Below are positions 37,112 through 45,702 of a stretch of 49,214 bases of DNA, in pieces. A program made the position numbers and the translations under genes. Numbering within the stretch: the stretch's first letter is position 1; every line of letters starts with the position of its first letter. The stretch comes from an uncultured Gammaproteobacteria bacterium. GTDB lineage: Bacteria > Pseudomonadota > Gammaproteobacteria > GRL18. Where the stretch lies: contig CBDTVA010000001.1 of the NCBI GenBank assembly GCA_965363935.1, forward strand, positions 1 through 49,214, in the 5' to 3' direction. A model generated the notes under the pieces. That model was given only the letters and a program-made list of their open reading frames with translations, ran no database searches and was not told the origin of the DNA.

Positions 37112-39274
37112 TCAGGAAAACTTTTTTATATTTAAGGTTTCATGCCAGGTTTTCTGGTAAATATTTTCAACGCGCAAACGCAGCAGGTTATCTGTATTGA
37201 GTAGGTTTTTTATTTCTTTTACATGCTTCATAAACTGACTGCGTTTGTTTTCGAGTGTGTAACATTCGAGCAGTTTAAAATGCAGATTTTTATCAGAGGG
37301 TGACTGTTGCATTTTTGATTGTAGTAATTTTTCTGCTTTGTCAAAGCTACCATAAGCTACATAGGTGTCAACTTCACTCAGGATGTTGTTAGAAAATGTT
37401 CTTGCTTTTGAAGCATTATTGGAATGAGAAATATTTTTTTCATATTCCTGTATATCTTCATTGCTGATATCCAGATCAAATTTTATTTCTGCAGTATCTT
37501 TGGAATCAATAGTTACTTCAGGTTCAGTTAGCTCAGGTTTAGTAAGCTCAGGTTCAGTTAGCTCAGGTTTAGTTACTTCAGGTTTAGTTACTTGAGGTTT
37601 AGTTGCTTCAGATTCTGGATTTATGGTACCTGTCTTTTTAATATCTGGAGTATCATTTTTTGCCTGGTAGTCATCCGGGGCATTGATTTTTTTCTCAAAA
37701 TACTCAAAGAAATCCATATCATCTTCATCTTTATCTTTATCTTCAGACTTTTGTTGAGGGACAGGATTCGCTTCAGTGGTTTCTTTACTTTGCTTTTGGG
37801 CTGGATAAGATGTGCTGGTGTCATATCCAGGAGGCTTGGACTCGATGCTTTCAGAATTAGGCTCTAAAATTGTTTGCTTTCTTTGTTTCAATTTATTATT
37901 TTGTTTACCAATGACTATCAGTAAGGCAAATAAAATAAAGACCGTAAAAATAGCCAATGCAAATGAAATAAATGGGCTGGTCAGTAATTTTCGTACAAAT
38001 GACTTTGAATTTTCCTCTGGCTGAGCAAGTTGGGAATCAATAGACAGTGCTGTCTTAGCATTCTTTTGTGGTTGTTTGTTGGTAGTTACGGGTACTTGAT
38101 TGTTATTATTATTTGATTTCTGATTTTCTTTGCTACTGCTCTGGAAAGGAGCTTTATTAACCTGTTTATCTTTTAGCAGGGTGCTTATTTCCACAATCTT
38201 GTCGTTGAGGTCTTGATTGTGAGAGTCCAGATTATTAAGTTTATCGGTTAATTGCCTGATTTGCTCAGACAAAGTTTCATTTTCACTTTGTAAAAGTTTA
38301 ATAGTGTTAATGGATGTCTTAAGTGCCTTGTTAATTATCAGTAAATCTTTTTTACTGGAAACCGGTTTGTGTAAAAGTTCCTCAGTGGGGGGGAATATCC
38401 TCAGGCGAGCTTCATCCTGTGCTTGAGTTATTTCTCTGGTTTTCGACTCAAGTAGCTTTTGTTGGTTAAGGACTTCAACCTTGGTGGAGGAAATTACCGG
38501 TTTTTTAGTTTTAGGAGCATTTTGTAAAGCTGGCTTGCCATTGATTTTGAGGATTTCATCCCTGGTAGGGATGGTCAGCGTTTTGCCTAGTTTCAATAAA
38601 TCAATATTGCCATTTATAAACGCATCAGGGTTTAGAACAAAAAGGGCCTGCATGGTTTGATAAGTGGTGACATGGCTATCAGGACTGACTCGTTTGGCAA
38701 TATCCCAAAGTGTGTCAGCACGCTTGGTAGGGCCATAGGAATTGCCGCTGACATGGGCGGCAATGACCGCATTGTGGTCAACCTTGCGGGATTTGCGAAA
38801 TACCGGTGTTTTTGCTCTGGTATTAGATGTTTGTTTGATTGATTTTTTTTTGTCAGCTTTGGGACGGCTGTGTTTTTGTATGAATTCTGGCGGATCAAGC
38901 AAAAATGTATATTCACGGTTAAGATGACCTTTGCGCCATTTCATATCGGCGATAAAAGTAATAAAAGGTTCTCTTACAGGACGTTTGCTGGTCAATTCAA
39001 CCACTATGGAACCATCAGCTTCTTTTCGGGCCTTGAAACGAACTTTTTTAAAAACTTCAGGTTTGGGCAGGTTTGCTCGACGATAGGTATTCAGGCTGGC
39101 ATTTTTTACAGTGATATCATCCAGGCGCATGGATTTTGAGTCAAGCAATTCAATATGAACTTTTAAGGGTTCATTTAATTTTGAAAAAACGGTGATATCA
39201 CCAAATCCAAGTGCATAAGTTGTTGAAGGCAGTATTAGAAAGAAAATAACGAGAAAAAAATTTTTTTTTATCAT
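37112..39274 (-). CDS. fimV: FimV-like peptidoglycan-binding (LysM) scaffold protein
   Basis: 720 aa. It has the FimV N-terminal signature (ALGFGDITVFSKLNEPLKVHIELL), a LysM region (TLWDIAKRV...LFVLNPDAFINGNIDLLKLGKTLTIP), a coiled coil, a TM segment, acidic and pentapeptide repeats, and a C-terminal TPR-like FimV motif. Confidence 0.75.
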   Translation of the reverse strand: MIKKNFFLVIFFLILPSTTYALGFGDITVFSKLNEPLKVHIELLDSKSMRLDDITVKNASLNTYRRANLPKPEVFKKVRFKARKEADGSIVVELTSKRPVREPFITFIADMKWRKGHLNREYTFLLDPPEFIQKHSRPKADKKKSIKQTSNTRAKTPVFRKSRKVDHNAVIAAHVSGNSYGPTKRADTLWDIAKRVSPDSHVTTYQTMQALFVLNPDAFINGNIDLLKLGKTLTIPTRDEILKINGKPALQNAPKTKKPVISSTKVEVLNQQKLLESKTREITQAQDEARLRIFPPTEELLHKPVSSKKDLLIINKALKTSINTIKLLQSENETLSEQIRQLTDKLNNLDSHNQDLNDKIVEISTLLKDKQVNKAPFQSSSKENQKSNNNNNQVPVTTNKQPQKNAKTALSIDSQLAQPEENSKSFVRKLLTSPFISFALAIFTVFILFALLIVIGKQNNKLKQRKQTILEPNSESIESKPPGYDTSTSYPAQKQSKETTEANPVPQQKSEDKDKDEDDMDFFEYFEKKINAPDDYQAKNDTPDIKKTGTINPESEATKPQVTKPEVTKPELTEPELTKPELTEPEVTIDSKDTAEIKFDLDISNEDIQEYEKNISHSNNASKARTFSNNILSEVDTYVAYGSFDKAEKLLQSKMQQSPSDKNLHFKLLECYTLENKRSQFMKHVKEIKNLLNTDNLLRLRVENIYQKTWHETLNIKKFS
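37511..37610. repeat. 15-bp tandem repeat (~7 units) encoding (T/E)KPE(V/L)T-type pentapeptide repeats in the FimV-like protein
   Basis: The plus strand reads AGTTACTTCAGGTTC AGTTAGCTCAGGTTT AGTAAGCTCAGGTTC AGTTAGCTCAGGTTT AGTTACTTCAGGTTT AGTTACTTGAGGTTT AGTTGCTTCAGATTC. The protein reads ..TKPQVTKPEVTKPELTEPELTKPELTEPEVT... Confidence 0.85.
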
Positions 39275-39477
39275 AATTGAGATAAAGAACCTTAAAATAC
39301 CTTAAAATACGCATAGCCTATGCAATAGACCTTCTTGTAGTGGTTAAAAAATTAGTGATTAAAAAAGCCCATTTTTTTGTCAATAGTGGGCCTATATCAC
39401 TAATTATACTCATATTTCCTAAATTATCACTATATTATTAATTATTTATATAAGCTTTTGATTTTAAACGAATATTT

Positions 39478-40965
39478 ATGAATAAGAGATTTAATTTCGA
39501 CTTTATATTAGTACTGTTCATCGCCCTGCAATTATTGTTTTCAGATGTTTACGGCAAGTCAATCCCTCTATTGGATAATTCAGCGAATTGTCAGTTATTA
39601 AACGTAAAAAAAATTCAGGAATTGCAGGGCAGAAAAATTTATCAGCATCAGTTACAAAATGGTTTACGGATCTACGTGTTGGAAAATCACCATTTGCCTG
39701 TTTTTGCACTGCGTCTGGTATTTGATGTAGGAGCTGGTCACGAATCCGATGGCGAGAGTGGTTATGCACATCTTTTTGAGCATATGATGTTTAAAGGTTC
39801 AAAAAATGTTCCGGATGGAGATCATTTTGCAGCGATTAAGAGCATTGGCGGAAACGTCAATGCGTCAACTGATTATGATAGAACGGATTACTGGACTGAA
39901 GCCCCCGGAGAGTTTCTGGATCGGGTGCTTTGGCTGGAAGCGGAGAGATTAAAACATCTTGCCATTACACAAGCTAATCTTGACAACCAGCGTCAGGCTG
40001 TTCTGGAGGAAAAATTACTGCGTATAGATAATGTACCTTATTATAAAACGGCCAGCGAATTTATGGTTTCAGCATGGCAGGGAACTCCCTATGATCATCT
40101 GATCATAGGGACAGAAGAGGAAATTAAGAGTGCCACTGTGGATAAAGTTGATAGCTTTTTTAAGCGATATTATCGACCTGATAATGCCATATTAACTCTG
40201 GTTGGTGATATAGATCCTGAAATAGCCATAGAAAAGATTGCCTACTATTTTTCTGATATTGGGCAAACTCACCCGGTTAAAATGAAGGCAGTTTCGGCGA
40301 GGTCCGGGACTATGAAAACAGGCGTCTTTGAGGGGAGATCAGAGACAAAATTTGATCCACTGGCACCTTTTCATCTGTATGCACTTGGCTGGCATACAGT
40401 AGGCAAAAATAATTCGGATTTTTATGCAGTAGAGTTGTTGGCTGATATATTACTTAATCATGATTCTTCCAGGATAAAAAAACAGTTAAAAGATGAACTT
40501 GAACTGGTTTTTGAAACCATTGGCTTCCCCTTAACCTTTGAAAAAGCAGGCATAACTGCCATGGGAATGGTACCTCATAGCTATGCCGATTTTGCGCAGA
40601 TTAAGTCGGTTATCAGGAAAGAACTCGATCGTATTCGCTTAGAAGGTGTTACAGAGGCTGAGTTATGCAGTGCAAAAAAACATCGTCAATTGTTAATTTT
40701 GAAAAAAATGTCAAATAATCGGCAGCTGGCTGAACTTATTGGAGACGGCGCCCTGTTTTTTGATGATCCCTGGCATGCTATTTCAGCGCTTAATACCTAT
40801 AAACAGGTGGACAACAACGAAATAATGCTGGTGGCCAATAAGTATTTTCATGACGACTGGCTGGCTCTGGAAATAACACCGGGACCCGGGGTGCGTCTGC
40901 TTAAGTGGCTAATGGAAATTTTACCACAAAGTTTTAGCAAAACTGTTGAGCGGCAGTTTTTGTGA
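39478..40965 (+). CDS. M16-family zinc metallopeptidase (active subunit)
   Basis: 495 aa with a signal peptide. It has the inverted zinc motif HLFEHMMFKG (HxxEH) and the downstream Glu region ..VLEE... Confidence 0.85.
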   Translation: MNKRFNFDFILVLFIALQLLFSDVYGKSIPLLDNSANCQLLNVKKIQELQGRKIYQHQLQNGLRIYVLENHHLPVFALRLVFDVGAGHESDGESGYAHLFEHMMFKGSKNVPDGDHFAAIKSIGGNVNASTDYDRTDYWTEAPGEFLDRVLWLEAERLKHLAITQANLDNQRQAVLEEKLLRIDNVPYYKTASEFMVSAWQGTPYDHLIIGTEEEIKSATVDKVDSFFKRYYRPDNAILTLVGDIDPEIAIEKIAYYFSDIGQTHPVKMKAVSARSGTMKTGVFEGRSETKFDPLAPFHLYALGWHTVGKNNSDFYAVELLADILLNHDSSRIKKQLKDELELVFETIGFPLTFEKAGITAMGMVPHSYADFAQIKSVIRKELDRIRLEGVTEAELCSAKKHRQLLILKKMSNNRQLAELIGDGALFFDDPWHAISALNTYKQVDNNEIMLVANKYFHDDWLALEITPGPGVRLLKWLMEILPQSFSKTVERQFL

Positions 40966-40984
40966 AAGAAAGTTTTAAAAATAG

Positions 40985-41046
40985 AGAGCTTGAAAATAAA
41001 GAGCTTGAAAATTGAGAGAATGAAAGTAGAGATATTGAAAATTAAA
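40985..41046. repeat. Degenerate tandem ~14-nt repeat (AGAGCTTGAAAAT-like) between the two M16 genes
   Basis: AGAGCTTGAAAATA AGAGCTTGAAAATT GAGAGAATGAAAGT AGAGATATTGAAAATT. Confidence 0.6.
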
Positions 41047-41076
41047 AGACGTAAAACAGAAAAAAATCATTTAACT

Positions 41077-42786
41077 ATGCTGCTTTGTTGTCTGTTTCTC
41101 GCAAATTGCATGGCAATTAACAGGCAGGAAAGTCAATCTGATGAAGAAAACAATGCGCCAGTAAATAACACAGCAACAGGGAAGCCAAAACAAACTATCT
41201 ATCTTAAAACAGTTAATGATTACCAATATCCACCATCTTCCGAAATATATCCCGGCTCAATGAAAACAACAGAAATTGTATTGTCCCATAGGGAAAATGC
41301 AAAACCGAAACAGAGTGCTGCAGATGACATGGCTTTTACCGGCACAGCTTTTACTGACACCCGTTTTCTGGAATTTAAATTAGATAATGATTTACAGGTC
41401 TTCTTTTTACCTCGCCAGGGGCTTCCTGTAGTCAGTGTTTCAGCAATAATTGCTGCGGGCAAACACCACACAGATGATATTGATGAACTATTGTCACCAC
41501 TGTTGTTAAAACTGCTGAAACAGGGTACTAAAAAATACCCCAGAACTGAGTTCCAACACCGTGCTGCTCTGTTGGGTGAACCAATGACATACCGGCAGAC
41601 TTCACGTTACTCCATTATTTCGGCTGAAATCTTACCTCAGGATCTGGCGCTGGCACTGGAACTGATATCACAACAACTGGCTTATATCAATCCTGAAGAG
41701 AATGCAATCAGGAAGGTTATTGAACAGCAATTGCTGGAAAATAAGTTAGCACAGTTTTCCGGCTTTTATTTGGCTAAGCAACTGTTTTATCAAAACAATT
41801 ATGCTCCGGACCACTATTATTTTTATCAAGAGCCAGCAGCTGCGCAGATAAAATCGGTGAGTAAAAAACAACTCATAAATTTGTACCAAAAAAAATATTT
41901 ACCTGAAAAGAGTAAACTTTTCATTGCCGGTGATATTGAGCCAAATAATTTGCAGCAGCAAATAAAAAAATATTTTTCCGGCTGGTCTGCTAAAAAGCCC
42001 AAAAAAGACAACGGAAGTACCAGTAGAATGACCAATACAGAAAATATCAAGGTATCTCCAGACGCTCAAAATACATTAAAAAACCAGACATCACGAATTG
42101 ACCTTATCAATCGCAAGGGCGCTTCACAGGCTGATATTTTATTTGGCGTTGTGACAGTACCGGGCGTTGTGACTCTACCAGGAGTTGTGACTATTTCAGA
42201 TCCTGAGGGCACTCCAGGCGCTTTGACCAGGAATAAAATTTCATCTGACTGGGTTGGATTAAAGATCCTTGCCTCGTTACTGGGAGGTGGTCCGAGTTCT
42301 CGTCTTTTTGTGGATCTACGCGAAAAGCAGGGCTTGACCTACGTAATTTCTGCCCGACAAATAGCGGGGGAGTACCGGAGTCCTTTTTTTATTCAGACTT
42401 CTGTGGCACACGATAAAGTCGTCCGAACCATAAGCGGCATTAAAAAACATCTGGATTATTTATGTCAGCATAAAGTTGATGACACAGAACTGAAGCTGGT
42501 CAAGCAGCAATTAACGGGTGAAATAGCATTTCAGTTTCAAACCAATCCGCAGTGGGTAAATAACAAAATTCATCAAGTTGAAATTGGTCTGCCTGATGAT
42601 TATATCTCCGACATGATCCGGCAAATAAAAAGTTTTACACCAGAACAGTTATTGTTAATTGCAAATAATTATATATGTGCAACACATAACGTGATTGTTG
42701 TTGGTGAACAGGGACAACTGGAAGAGGATTTGTTGAGGCAGTTTAACGATTACCGATATCAACTGCATAGCCTGCCTTTGCAATAA
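41077..42786 (+). CDS. M16-family peptidase-like protein (non-catalytic partner, no HxxEH motif)
   Basis: The start is moved to the ATG at 41077 (MLLCCLFLANCMAIN.., a signal/lipoprotein-like sequence). The ORF-track start at 40990 would translate the intergenic tandem repeat. The protein has M16 C-terminal-type domains and pairs with the upstream active subunit. Confidence 0.78.
   Translation: MLLCCLFLANCMAINRQESQSDEENNAPVNNTATGKPKQTIYLKTVNDYQYPPSSEIYPGSMKTTEIVLSHRENAKPKQSAADDMAFTGTAFTDTRFLEFKLDNDLQVFFLPRQGLPVVSVSAIIAAGKHHTDDIDELLSPLLLKLLKQGTKKYPRTEFQHRAALLGEPMTYRQTSRYSIISAEILPQDLALALELISQQLAYINPEENAIRKVIEQQLLENKLAQFSGFYLAKQLFYQNNYAPDHYYFYQEPAAAQIKSVSKKQLINLYQKKYLPEKSKLFIAGDIEPNNLQQQIKKYFSGWSAKKPKKDNGSTSRMTNTENIKVSPDAQNTLKNQTSRIDLINRKGASQADILFGVVTVPGVVTLPGVVTISDPEGTPGALTRNKISSDWVGLKILASLLGGGPSSRLFVDLREKQGLTYVISARQIAGEYRSPFFIQTSVAHDKVVRTISGIKKHLDYLCQHKVDDTELKLVKQQLTGEIAFQFQTNPQWVNNKIHQVEIGLPDDYISDMIRQIKSFTPEQLLLIANNYICATHNVIVVGEQGQLEEDLLRQFNDYRYQLHSLPLQ
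42145..42198 (+). repeat. In-frame 18-bp tandem repeat x3 (GVVTVP GVVTLP GVVTIS) in the M16 partner protein
   Basis: GGCGTTGTGACAGTACCG GGCGTTGTGACTCTACCA GGAGTTGTGACTATTTCA. Confidence 0.8.
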
Positions 42787-43190
42787 CAGCTAACATTGAT
42801 TATTCTTGCGGGTTACTTTTTTATATTTAATATACAAGGTTGAACCTTAAATAATCAGTTGAATGGAACTTCTTATTGCCTTGACTAATTTTAATTATGA
42901 ATTTCTAACCGTTAGATAACTAAGGGTTAATTTGGGTTTTCTTGAAAATAATAGGGTTTTCCCTTCTATAACTCCTGTTTTATATATGTTCTTATATAAC
43001 ACATGAAATATGAAACAAATAACTAAGGGGAGATGGGGGAGAAAACTTAAATTTAATATATAAATCAATATAATAAAAAGAGTAACCAAAATAACTAAAG
43101 TGTAACGGGATTGTTACAGAATACTAAAAAATTAGTATAAAGAAGTTATCGGTAACAATATTTATTAATTTTAATTTTAAGTTTAAAGCC

Positions 43191-43218
43191 AAAAGCCCAT
43201 TTTATAATGGGCTTTTTT
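43191..43218 (+). terminator. Rho-independent terminator with no CDS immediately upstream (orphan)
   Basis: AAAAGCCCAT-TTTATA-ATGGGCTTTT followed by TT. The nearest upstream plus-strand CDS ends 405 nt away, at 42786. Confidence 0.6.
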
Positions 43219-43394
43219 AATTCACCCTGGACAGGTTTATACGGCTAACTTACTTTTTCGTATCCATGCACTTGCCTCTCGTATGTGCTTCCGCCATCCC
43301 TGGCGGAGGTCGTACAAAACCTTATTCTTTGATATAATCACGCCGCTTTTATGTCTGTTTTCAAATAGCTTTTACTTAATTACTCAGGTTTTTT

Positions 43395-45695
43395 GTGAAT
43401 AATCTTCCAGATATTGCGGTTAAAGAACTTGTCCTCATTGGCGGCGGACACAGTCATGTCGGCGTATTAAAAATGTTTGCCATGAACCCTATGCCTGGAC
43501 TCAGGTTAAGCATGTTATCCAGTGATATCCACACACCTTATTCTGGCATGCTTCCGGGTTTTATTTCCGGCCAGTACAGTTATGATGATGTGCATCTTGA
43601 TTTACGGCCACTGGCAGAGTTTGCCCATTGTCGTCTGTATCACTCCAAAGTAACGGGGATTGACACAGAAAAACAACAGATTTTTTCCAATAATCGCCCG
43701 CCGGTCAAATATGACCTGCTGTCAATTAATGTTGGCTCTACACCGGATGATTTTAATATTCCAGGCGTTAAGGAGCTGACTATACCGGTTAAACCAGTAA
43801 GTAAGCTGTTTACACAATTAGAAGGCATTGTTCATCAGGCTTTAACGGATAAAAACTTTACCAGTATTGCTGTGGTTGGCGGTGGTGCCAGTGGTGTAGA
43901 ACTTATATTGTCCATTCAGTATCGCTTACAGCAGGAAATGGCTCGTCATGGCTGTAAAAATAAGCGTATTCAATATGTACTTTTAAGTGCTGCTAAAACC
44001 TTGTTACCGTCACATAATGTCTCGGTGCAAAAAAAAATTGGCAAAATTTTTCAACAACGGGGTATAAAAGTTTCTCTGGATTCAGAGGTTAAAAATATAA
44101 CTCTGCAAGACGAAGCCTCTAGCAGAAATATTCTCTGTAATAATGGTAAGATAACCCAGGCTAATGCCGTTTTCTGGTGTACCAGCGCAAGGACTGTTTC
44201 CTGGCCCGGAGAAGCTGGTTTAGCGGTTGATGATAAGGGCTTTATTCAGGTTAATGATTTCCTGCAATCAGTTTCTCACAATAATATATTCGCAGTGGGT
44301 GATACCGCATCAATGGTCAATCATTCCAGACCAAAGTCCGGGGTTTATGCGGTAAGGCAGGGGCCGCCTTTGTTTGAAAACATCAGACGTTTTTTACGGG
44401 GACATCAGTTAAAGTCTTATAAACCGCAAAAACATTTTTTAAGTTTACTTAATTGTGCTGACAATACCGCTGTTGCTTCACGCGGATTTCTTGCTCTTCA
44501 GGGTGGATGGATCTGGAAATACAAGAACTGGATTGATGTCAGATTTATGCACAATTTTAGTCAATTTCCAGATATGTCACAAACCATTGACACAGAAATT
44601 GATCAGCACATGGTCGATGCTGCGACCCTTAAACGCCTTCAGGAAATTCCCATGCGCTGTGGTGGCTGTGGCGCTAAAGTGGGCAGTACTGTCCTAACGC
44701 GAGTGATGAGTAGATTAAAGGCCAGTTATCAGCAAAGCAACCATTCAGGAAGTATTGTTCTTGGTCTGGAACATGCAGATGATGCAGCAGTCATAGAAAT
44801 GCCGGCAGGGCAATTGCTGGTACAGTCACTGGATTATTTTAAGTCGTTTATAAATGACCCTTACCTGTTAGGTAAAATTGCAGCCAATCATGCCCTGGGT
44901 GATCTGTTTGCCATGGGGGCAACTCCTCACTCGGCACTGGCGTTGGTTACCTTACCCTATGCACCGGAAGCATTACTTGAAGAAGAATTGTTTCAAATCA
45001 TGTCGGGTGCACTGGAAGTAATGAATGCCAATGCCATGAGCCTGGTGGGAGGGCATACGGGTGAAGGCAGTGATATGGCGTTTGGCCTGAATGTTAATGG
45101 TTTTGTAGATAAGCAGACGATATTGACTAAATCAGGATTATTGCCGGAAGATGTTATGATACTCACAAAGCCGCTTGGAACCGGCACTTTGCTGGCTGCC
45201 AATATGCGCTTAAAAGCCAAAGGGCGGTGGATTGATGAAGCCATTGAACATATGCTTACTTCCAACAGGATTGCGGCGGACATTATCAAAGACTCGGGTG
45301 CTCGCGCCTGTACAGATGTCACCGGTTTTGGCCTGTTAGGTCATTTAACTGAAATGCTGAAAGCTTCCAATGTTTATGCCCGAATTGATCTGACAACACT
45401 TCCTGTTATGTCAGGGGCTCATGAAATGATTGAATTGGGAATTTTCAGCTCTCTGCAGGAAGAAAATATCCGCCTGAAACAGGGTATTTCCAACGTTGAA
45501 CGTATTTCAGAACATCAGAATTATCCTTTCTTATTCGATCCTCAGACAGCGGGCGGTTTGTTGGCTGGTATTCCACTGGAAAATGCGACTCAGTGCATCC
45601 GGAAATTAAAACAGGCTGGTTATCAGTCTGCTGTCATCATCGGTGATATTATTGAACACGATTCATCTGAATATTTCATCAAACTGACAGGCTAA
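43395..45695 (+). CDS. selD: Fusion protein: FAD/NAD(P)-dependent pyridine-nucleotide-disulfide-oxidoreductase-like domain plus selenide, water dikinase (SelD)
   Basis: 766 aa with a GTG start. The N-terminal ~390 aa carries two Rossmann motifs (LIGGGHSHVG and VVGGGASGVE) plus ..FAVGDTA... The C-terminal ~350 aa is SelD-like, with MRCGGCGAKVG (the Cys and Lys equivalent to E. coli Cys17/Lys20 are conserved) and AIR-synthase-like ..DDAAV.., ..GGHT.. motifs. Confidence 0.88.
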   Translation: MNNLPDIAVKELVLIGGGHSHVGVLKMFAMNPMPGLRLSMLSSDIHTPYSGMLPGFISGQYSYDDVHLDLRPLAEFAHCRLYHSKVTGIDTEKQQIFSNNRPPVKYDLLSINVGSTPDDFNIPGVKELTIPVKPVSKLFTQLEGIVHQALTDKNFTSIAVVGGGASGVELILSIQYRLQQEMARHGCKNKRIQYVLLSAAKTLLPSHNVSVQKKIGKIFQQRGIKVSLDSEVKNITLQDEASSRNILCNNGKITQANAVFWCTSARTVSWPGEAGLAVDDKGFIQVNDFLQSVSHNNIFAVGDTASMVNHSRPKSGVYAVRQGPPLFENIRRFLRGHQLKSYKPQKHFLSLLNCADNTAVASRGFLALQGGWIWKYKNWIDVRFMHNFSQFPDMSQTIDTEIDQHMVDAATLKRLQEIPMRCGGCGAKVGSTVLTRVMSRLKASYQQSNHSGSIVLGLEHADDAAVIEMPAGQLLVQSLDYFKSFINDPYLLGKIAANHALGDLFAMGATPHSALALVTLPYAPEALLEEELFQIMSGALEVMNANAMSLVGGHTGEGSDMAFGLNVNGFVDKQTILTKSGLLPEDVMILTKPLGTGTLLAANMRLKAKGRWIDEAIEHMLTSNRIAADIIKDSGARACTDVTGFGLLGHLTEMLKASNVYARIDLTTLPVMSGAHEMIELGIFSSLQEENIRLKQGISNVERISEHQNYPFLFDPQTAGGLLAGIPLENATQCIRKLKQAGYQSAVIIGDIIEHDSSEYFIKLTG

Positions 45696-45702
45696 GCGGT
45701 GT

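Noticed and set aside
37511-37610. Whether any of the tandem arrays (37511-37610, 27672-27743, 28895-28950, 40985-41046) is a CRISPR array
   Set aside because: The units are 12-21 nt and directly abutting, with no unique spacers. Several lie in frame inside CDSs, and no cas genes are present.
42895-43089. 64-aa minus-strand ORF in the AT-rich gap
   Set aside because: It has a hydrophobic, low-complexity translation typical of AT-rich non-coding DNA. It has no RBS or start context that I could support, and it overlaps the iterated ATAACTAAG motifs.
43240-43330. Possible partial copy of the 36935-37093 palindromic element (shared CTAACT..TTTCGT.. strings) upstream of selD
   Set aside because: The similarity is short and gapped when aligned by hand, and is not distinguishable from chance.
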